Shown here piece after piece: positions 6,157 to 11,550 of a DNA stretch of 11,550 bases (positions within the stretch are counted from its first letter, which is position 1; every line of letters begins with the position of its first letter). The stretch is from NCBI GenBank assembly GCA_022563485.1, contig JADFNF010000052.1, positions 1 through 11,550 of the forward strand. Reading direction: 5' to 3'. The notes beneath the pieces were generated by a model, which saw only the letters and a list, made by a program, of their open reading frames with translations, made no database searches and was not told the origin of the DNA. The translations under genes and the position numbers were made by a program. This DNA is from Fidelibacterota bacterium (GTDB lineage Bacteria > Fidelibacterota > Marinisomatia > SCGC-AAA003-L08 > TS1B11).

Positions 6157-7572
6157 ATGAACAATGCAATCAAATTATTTCCCCTCCTCCTGACCTGTTC
6201 TTTTTTGGCTGCCCAGCCGCAGCTCACCATCGGCGCTGATGCCCGCACGGACCTGGAGGTCACCATCTACAACAGCAACATCGGTCTGGTGAAGGACACT
6301 CGCTCCTTTACCCTGCCCAAAGGGGGCCGCCTGGACCTGCTGCTCGAGGAAGTGGCCGCGAAGGTGCAGGCGGAGACGGTGCTGCCGGTGAGCCTGTCCC
6401 CGGACCGGGCCTGGGTGGTGCTGGAGCAGAACTACGAGTATGACCTCCTCTCGCCAATGACCCTGCTGTCCAAGTATGTGGGCCGGGAGGTGACCCTGGC
6501 CACCTATGATGCCAACAACAAGGTGATCAGCAAGCAGCGGGGCACCCTGTTGTCCCTCAATGACGGCCCCCTTTACCAGGTTGGCAAGGAGATTCACATC
6601 AACCATCCCGGCCACGTGATCCTGCCGGAGGTCCCCGATGAGCTGGTCGCCCGGCCCAGCCTGCGGTGGCTGGTGGAAGCGGACCAAGGCCGCCATAGTA
6701 TCCAGGTCAGCTATCTCACAGCCGGTCTCACCTGGAAGGCCGACTATGTACTGAAGGTGAACCGGGGGGCCACCCGAGGCGACCTCACCGGTTGGATCAC
6801 CCTGAACAACACCAGCGGCATCGCTTATCCCGAGGCATCGGTGAAGCTGGTAGCGGGAGTTGTCCATCGGGTAAGTTCCCGGCCGCGTTCCCTGCCTGCC
6901 CGACCGATGCTGGCCATGGCCCGTCCACCTGAGGTGACGGAAGAAGCCTTCATGGAGTACCACCTTTACACCATTCCCTGGGCGACAACCCTGAAGCACA
7001 ACCAGCAGAAACAGGTGGAGCTGCTCAGCCGGTCGGGGGTGGGGTTGACGCGGAAGTATGTGGTGGAACTGTCGCCGAGGTATGCCGTTGGCCCCCAACT
7101 TGAGAACGGCAAACTGCCGGTGATCGTGCGGTTATCGTTGATCAACAGCCAGGCCAATCACCTGGGCGATCCTCTGCCGGGGGGCATCATCCGGGTATAC
7201 AGCGAAGACCGGAGCGGCGGCCTTCAGTTTGCCGGTGAGGATCGCATCGGCCATACGCCCCGCGATGAGCAACTGACCCTTACCTTGGGGCAGGCCTTCG
7301 ACCTGGTGTGCGAGGTCAAGCAGACTGGCTACGAAAATTTGGGCGCCCGGCGGACCCGGCAGCACGAGCACAGCATGAAAGTCAGCCTGCGCAATCGCAA
7401 GGATAGCGAGGATGTGACCATCGACGTTCTAGCCCGCTTCGCCGGAACTTGGCAGATGCGCACGAACTCCCACGACTTTGTCAAGGAGGATGCCTTTACC
7501 GCCAAATTCCCCATCAAGGTCCCTGCTGGTGAGGAGGTGGTCCTGACCTATTCCGTCCGGGTAACCCGGTAA
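6157..7572 (+). CDS. Secreted DUF4140/DUF4139-type protein (TIGR02231-like 'mucoidy inhibitor MuiA' family), ~471 aa, with an N-terminal signal peptide or possible lipobox (MNNAIKLFPLLLTCSFLAAQ).
   Basis: The track ORF starts at 5992, but its first 55 aa are Cys-rich read-through. The ATG at 6157 has a strong SD (cAAGGAGtctcccATG) and is followed by a signal peptide. The N-terminal block DLEVTIYNSNIGLVKDTRSFTLPKGGRLDLLLEEVAAKVQAETVLPVSL resembles DUF4140. The C-terminal block GGIIRVYSEDRSGGLQFAGEDRIGHTPRDEQLTLTLGQAFDLV resembles DUF4139. Family assignment is from memory. Confidence 0.6.
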   Translation: MNNAIKLFPLLLTCSFLAAQPQLTIGADARTDLEVTIYNSNIGLVKDTRSFTLPKGGRLDLLLEEVAAKVQAETVLPVSLSPDRAWVVLEQNYEYDLLSPMTLLSKYVGREVTLATYDANNKVISKQRGTLLSLNDGPLYQVGKEIHINHPGHVILPEVPDELVARPSLRWLVEADQGRHSIQVSYLTAGLTWKADYVLKVNRGATRGDLTGWITLNNTSGIAYPEASVKLVAGVVHRVSSRPRSLPARPMLAMARPPEVTEEAFMEYHLYTIPWATTLKHNQQKQVELLSRSGVGLTRKYVVELSPRYAVGPQLENGKLPVIVRLSLINSQANHLGDPLPGGIIRVYSEDRSGGLQFAGEDRIGHTPRDEQLTLTLGQAFDLVCEVKQTGYENLGARRTRQHEHSMKVSLRNRKDSEDVTIDVLARFAGTWQMRTNSHDFVKEDAFTAKFPIKVPAGEEVVLTYSVRVTR

Positions 7573-8711
7573 TGCAAGTGCTTGTGTTAGGCGGTGGGCT
7601 GGTGGGCAGCGCCATCGCCCGGGACCTGTCCCGGGACGACCGGCTCGAGGTTATCGTGGCCGACCGTAGTCCTCAGGTGCGGAGCGACCTCGCGGACCGC
7701 TACGGAATGAAGACGATTCATGTGGACGTAGCTGACCCGAAGGCTCTGGTCCAGGCCGTTCAAGGTGTCGACTTGGTGGTGGGGGCGGTGCCCGGCTTTC
7801 TGGGTTACCGGATGCTGGAGACCGTCATCGGGGCAGGGAGGGACGTGGTAGACATCTCCTTTTGCCCCGAAGACCCCCTGGACCTCCAGGAGTTGGCAGT
7901 GGCACAGCAAGTCACCGTCGTGGTCGATGCCGGGCTCTCACCGGGTTTGGACAACCTGGTGCTGGGTCACTACCATGAATTGTACGACCGCATCGACCAT
8001 TTCGTTTGCTACGTGGGGGGCCTGCCCCAGGTGCGCAATTGGCCCTTCGAGTATCAGTCCGTTTTCTCACCCATCGATGTCATCGAGGAATATACCCGGC
8101 CAGCGCGATTGCGGATCGATGGACAGGTAGTGACCCGTCCGGCACTATCGGACTTGGAGCAGTTGGACCTGCCTCAGGTAGGGGTCGTGGAAGCCTTCAA
8201 TACCGATGGCCTGCGGACTTTGCTCACCACCCTGAATATTCCCAACATGTGCGAGAAAACCGTGCGCTACCCGGGCCATGCTGAACAGATGCGAATGCTT
8301 CGGGACGCCGGCTTTTTCAGCACCGACTCACTGGACATCGCAGGGCGCCCCGTCTCACCCCGGGCCGTCACTGCTCAGCTGCTGTTCAATGCCTGGCAGC
8401 CCGAGGGCGACGGACGGGACCTGGTGGTCATGCGCGTCATCCTTACCGGCCAGCTGCAGGGGCGCCCGGTGATAACCACCGTGGATCTATATGACGAGTA
8501 TGATGGCGGCACAAATACCACGGCCATGGCCCGAACCACCGGCTATACCTGCGCCGCGGTGGCCCGTCTGGTACTGGATGGCAGCTACCGGAAGCCCGGC
8601 ATTGCGCCGTTAGAAATGGTTGGGGCGAACCGGAAGGCCTATGACCGGCTGCTGGATGATCTGGCTCAAAGGGGTATCACTTTGACCGTGTCCCAACGGG
8701 AAGAGGCGTAG
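7572..8711 (+). CDS. Saccharopine dehydrogenase-family NAD(P)-dependent oxidoreductase (Sacchrp_dh_NADP plus C-terminal domain), 379 aa.
   Basis: It has an N-terminal Rossmann motif (MQVLVLGGGLVGSAIARDL) and the blocks GAVPGFLGYRMLETVIGAGRDVVDISFCPEDPLDL, VVVDAGLSPGLDNLVLG, YVGGLPQ and IEEYTRPARL. These closely match the archaeal/bacterial saccharopine-dehydrogenase-homologue family as I recall it. Its ATG overlaps the upstream stop (TAATG). Confidence 0.85.
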   Translation: MQVLVLGGGLVGSAIARDLSRDDRLEVIVADRSPQVRSDLADRYGMKTIHVDVADPKALVQAVQGVDLVVGAVPGFLGYRMLETVIGAGRDVVDISFCPEDPLDLQELAVAQQVTVVVDAGLSPGLDNLVLGHYHELYDRIDHFVCYVGGLPQVRNWPFEYQSVFSPIDVIEEYTRPARLRIDGQVVTRPALSDLEQLDLPQVGVVEAFNTDGLRTLLTTLNIPNMCEKTVRYPGHAEQMRMLRDAGFFSTDSLDIAGRPVSPRAVTAQLLFNAWQPEGDGRDLVVMRVILTGQLQGRPVITTVDLYDEYDGGTNTTAMARTTGYTCAAVARLVLDGSYRKPGIAPLEMVGANRKAYDRLLDDLAQRGITLTVSQREEA

Positions 8712-10461
8712 GCGTGGGGAACATAACAGTTGGCTCCTCCTTAGGAATTTCCAGCAGGGGCCCGGCCAGCAGGCTCGTATCAATGACCGTGGGGTAAGTC
8801 GTGGCCTGAAGGTGCTCGATCCACTCCCTGATGTGCCGCCGCCGGTGGGTCGCGATCCAATCTTGGCGCAGGCGCGGGGCGAGGGATTCATAAGGGGGCA
8901 GGTCAGCCTTCCGGTAACCATGGAGCCGCACCAGGATGTAAGCATCGCCAACGGATAGGGGTCCCAACAGTTCGCCTCCCCACTTCGCTCCGGCCAGCTC
9001 CGGTGCAGCTGGGCCGTAGATGCCCACCGGCACCCAACCCAATTGCCCGCCGACCTTTCTGCCCCAGGATCGCTCGGTGACCGAACGCGCCAGCGCACTG
9101 AATTCGGCTCCCCCCAGAAGGGAATCCTTGAGCGTAACCGCCCACAGGGAGTCACGCACGACGATTTCCTCCAGGTTCACCAGGGCGGGAGTGGTATAGC
9201 GTGATGGGTGACGAGCGAGAAATAGACGCAGCGAGTCCTCCCTCGGATCGATCTGCCGGAGCAGGCCCATGATCACCGAGTCCTTGATGGCGGTGTGGAT
9301 AACGGCGGTCTGGAGACTGTCAGCACGGCGCAAGATTGTATCGTTCCCAGGCAGGGAAGCCGCCAGACCCACGAGGCGGTCCCACATGAGCATTCGCCGG
9401 ACCCTTTCACGGAAGGTTGCCACCTTGTCGATGCCGAACCTGTCGCCCGGCGGCAGTAGATCGAGCCGGTACAGGACCCAATTCAGGGTATAGGGTTCTC
9501 CATCCAGCTTGAACAGCACGACATCCAATAGCTCTGGCTCCGGCGGGAGTTCCGCCATTTTCGGCTGTGGATCGGCTAGGATCCGAGACCGCAGTATCTT
9601 CCGGGTGGCCAGCCTGCGCCAGTTGATGGGGAGGTCCGCGGCCCACTGACGCAGCGTTTTTTCGGCAGCACGGGTGTTGATCTCCCGTTCCAGCTCCGAC
9701 GCTATTTGCTGATATCGCTTGACACGCTCAAAGTGACCATGATCAGGCTGAAATGCTTTATCCAGCAGCTGGAAGATTTGGAAGCCTTGGGCATGATGGA
9801 ACGGACCTGAATATTGCCCTGGCGCCAAATGGTAGGCCACCCGGGCATAAACCGGGTCCAACTGGTAGGAAAATTTCCATTCGGGCTCACCCGGTTGATC
9901 CAGTGTGATGCGGGGGACGGAATTCATGAGCGCGAGGGACTCGAAAGATTCACCCGCTTGGAGTCGATTCAAATAGTCCAGGGCGACGAGGCTGTCGGCT
10001 AGGGTTAGGTACCGGCTGAGGAAGCGAGTGTTGCGATAGCGGTATTCGGCCTCGATCAAGTCTATGCCGGCCTGGCCATTTGCGTCGAAGTGAACTTGGG
10101 CCACCTCGTCTAAGAGCATGGCCTTCCACGCTTCATAGCCGGTCGTGAGAATGGGGAGTGCCTGATCAAGTCCCGTGTCATGGGCGTACTGATAAAAAAT
10201 GACCTCCTCGACCATTTCTTCCAGGAAAGTCTTCCGCGTGTTGGGGGTATCGGTCAGTGAGGGTCTCTGAAGATAGTCCGAATACCTCTGCTCGAAAGTT
10301 TTCAGGGTGATCCGGTACTGGCCAACGATGGCCACGTTCTGCTGGGAAGACTGGGCGTTCAGCGGTGTCAGCCCCAGCCCGGCCAACAGGATGGACCCCA
10401 GGGACCAACAAGCGTGCACGGATCGATTCGAATGGCCCATCATAGGTTTAGTCATGTGCAT
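8677..10461 (-). CDS. Periplasmic SurA/PpiD-like chaperone with a C-terminal parvulin (PpiC-type) peptidyl-prolyl isomerase domain, 594 aa, signal peptide present.
   Basis: The leader MHMTKPMMGHSNRSVHACWSLGSILLAGLGLTPLNAQS has signal-peptide form. The C-terminal region has a rotamase-like block (GGQLGWVPVGIYGPAAPELAGAKWGGELLGPLSVGDAYILVRLHGYR). There are several candidate Met starts (10461, 10455, 10443, 10440) and no SD. Confidence 0.75.
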   Translation of the reverse strand: MHMTKPMMGHSNRSVHACWSLGSILLAGLGLTPLNAQSSQQNVAIVGQYRITLKTFEQRYSDYLQRPSLTDTPNTRKTFLEEMVEEVIFYQYAHDTGLDQALPILTTGYEAWKAMLLDEVAQVHFDANGQAGIDLIEAEYRYRNTRFLSRYLTLADSLVALDYLNRLQAGESFESLALMNSVPRITLDQPGEPEWKFSYQLDPVYARVAYHLAPGQYSGPFHHAQGFQIFQLLDKAFQPDHGHFERVKRYQQIASELEREINTRAAEKTLRQWAADLPINWRRLATRKILRSRILADPQPKMAELPPEPELLDVVLFKLDGEPYTLNWVLYRLDLLPPGDRFGIDKVATFRERVRRMLMWDRLVGLAASLPGNDTILRRADSLQTAVIHTAIKDSVIMGLLRQIDPREDSLRLFLARHPSRYTTPALVNLEEIVVRDSLWAVTLKDSLLGGAEFSALARSVTERSWGRKVGGQLGWVPVGIYGPAAPELAGAKWGGELLGPLSVGDAYILVRLHGYRKADLPPYESLAPRLRQDWIATHRRRHIREWIEHLQATTYPTVIDTSLLAGPLLEIPKEEPTVMFPTPTPLPVGTRSK

Positions 10462-10606
10462 CTATTTCAATGGTAAAAGGTTACTGTCTCGGTGGATGTG
10501 GGGTGTCGTCAAGTGACGGTGAAGCTATTCAGACCGGGTCGGGTTTGGAACCCCTTTTTTCCGGTAGGCAACTCTGCGGCTGGAGTCGTAGATTTACCCT
10601 CTGACA

Positions 10607-10680
<74 letters not shown>

Positions 10681-10691
10681 CGAATAAAAAC

Positions 10692-10724
10692 AAGGGCTTA
10701 GGAGAACTCCTAAGCCCTTTTGCT
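10692..10724. terminator. Bidirectional intrinsic terminator: perfect 13-bp stem AAGGGCTTAGGAG-aact-CTCCTAAGCCCTT, with an A-run upstream and a T-run downstream.
   Basis: The inverted repeat was seen directly, 11 nt after the tRNA 3' end. On the plus strand it is followed by TTTTGCTT. On the minus strand it is followed by GTTTTTATT, so it can terminate transcripts from either side. Confidence 0.7.
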
Positions 10725-10758
10725 TAATTGACAGTGCTAGACAGGTCTCGACGAGAGC

Positions 10759-10805
10759 AGAATGCAATTGTCAGGAAAATTGCATTCTCATTGCATCGTT
10801 TTTTT
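10759..10805 (+). terminator. Second hairpin (11-bp perfect stem AGAATGCAATT / AATTGCATTCT, 8-nt loop) followed about 10 nt later by T7. A possible back-up terminator or structured element.
   Basis: The inverted repeat was seen directly. A duplicated ATTGCAT half-site directly abuts the T-run and could form an alternative pairing. The stem-to-T-tract spacing is atypical for a canonical terminator. Confidence 0.4.
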
Positions 10806-11381
10806 GGCCTTTTAACGGTCGCGCTGAGTTATATGGGTTGGGAAAAAATAGGTGCCCGCATGGATACCTACCGCATTCATTCGGCTTAGCTGATGATTTT
10901 ATCGAGACCCTGAACCAATAGCTTAAGCTCCATCTACATCGCGGAATTGGGTACTTAGCGGCACCAGCATACATACGCTCTATTGTTGATCTAATCAAAT
11001 TGGCACTTGAGGGCTAAAGCTATCAGAAGCAGTGATAAGCCCCCTTCAATGTACCAAGTGTAAAGTTCGTATTTAAAGTTTTAGTTGACATTTAATGGAT
11101 CCAGTTGCTGCGATATTGCTCAACCATTACGATATTACAACTACTACATTTCTAGATTGCAGGTTACTTTGAACCCGTTGATTCGAAGCAACTTAAACTT
11201 ACCGTGAATTCAGGACATTACACACCGAACTAAGGACATTACCGACCGTTTTCGGCTAAAACTCAGGATATAACTGTAGTTATGTGGTGAATGCGTCTTG
11301 CATGTTCTTTACTACTTCAACCTTGGATACCGTCCTCCAGCTCCAGAAGCCATACTCCCACTCACCTTACAATCAGATCAA

Positions 11382-11540
11382 TTACGTGTTAACTGAAACC
11401 TCAAATACTAACTTAACATGTGGTCCAAACAATGGGGGCAGGTCATGGATGCCAAGATGTTCCAGTGTACGCCTGACTGAGAGGTCGGACGCTTCAACCA
11501 GACGAATGATCTCCATCTTCTCTGCTTGGCCGACTCTCAT
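11382..11540 (-). pseudogene. Decayed N-terminal helix-turn-helix fragment of an IS transposase (52-aa ORF MRVGQAEKMEIIRLVEASDLSVRRTLEHLGIHDL...), embedded in low-GC DNA.
   Basis: The motif EKMEIIRLVEASDLSVRRTLEHLGI matches the N-terminal HTH of rve-type IS transposases as I recall them (...MEIIRLVE.S.L.V.RTL.ELG[IV]PRSTFYRWY...). Here the expected PRSTFYRW continuation is replaced by HDLPPLFGPHVK and a stop follows. All three frames downstream are closed. Family assignment is from memory only. Confidence 0.3.
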
Positions 11541-11550
11541 ATAACGTCCG

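Noticed and set aside
6175-7098. 307-aa minus-strand ORF
   Set aside because: It is antisense to the DUF4139 gene. Its composition (H/G/Q/P-rich) and absence of motifs indicate an artefact of open antisense frames in GC-rich coding DNA.
8610-9155. 181-aa minus-strand ORF
   Set aside because: It overlaps the SurA-like PPIase gene in a different frame on the same strand. The translation is Cys/Trp/Arg-rich and non-protein-like.
10771-10998. 75-aa minus-strand ORF in the low-GC region
   Set aside because: It runs through the second terminator hairpin, has no start context, and its sequence is low-information. It is more likely chance in AT-rich DNA.
11284-11544. 86-aa plus-strand ORF
   Set aside because: It is antisense to the transposase HTH remnant, Ser/Thr/Asn-rich, and has no recognisable motifs.

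Overview
High-GC (~65%) bacterial chromosomal window, sharply bounded at ~10.8 kb by a tRNA-Arg(UCU) gene, two hairpin terminators and then low-GC (~35-45%) DNA that ends in a decayed transposase N-terminal fragment. All numeric GC values here are by-eye estimates, not computed.

Most of the window is one co-oriented minus-strand gene run (read 5' to 3' on the minus strand):
- a hypothetical small ORF (5979-5776)
- a TrmH/SpoU-family RNA methyltransferase (5762-5211)
- an SPFH/band-7 membrane protein (4990-4088)
- a DUF503 protein (4013-3732)
- selenophosphate synthetase SelD (3539-2493)
- a CysM-like cysteine synthase (~2403-1432)
- a Mec+-like JAMM protease (1427-1005)
- a CysO/MoaD-like sulfur-carrier protein (971-684)
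- a 3'-truncated secreted protein (587-1)

On the plus strand, a secreted DUF4139/DUF4140-type protein (6157-7572) is translationally coupled by a TAATG overlap to a saccharopine-dehydrogenase-family oxidoreductase (7572-8711). That gene's 3' end overlaps by 35 nt a convergent SurA-like parvulin PPIase (10461-8677).

The key point missed by the ORF track is that selD is a selenoprotein gene. Its true N-terminus (MHKRLTQLSHGSG-U-ACKLGP) lies upstream of the called ORF across an in-frame TGA at 3498-3500. A 6-bp stem-loop begins 11 nt downstream of that TGA, where a bacterial SECIS would sit.

The most interesting biology is that this Sec-containing selD sits directly upstream of, and co-oriented with, a complete CysM-Mec-CysO sulfur-carrier cysteine-synthesis module. 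The CysO homolog carries a 4-residue tail after its Gly-Gly. This may be an uncharacterised selenium/sulfur-carrier coupling, but that needs neighbourhood-conservation and biochemical testing.

No CRISPR array, rRNA or intact mobile element was seen.

The ORF track treats GTG/TTG as starts and picks the longest ORF, so several listed N-termini are over-extended, and many long antisense ORFs are high-GC artefacts.
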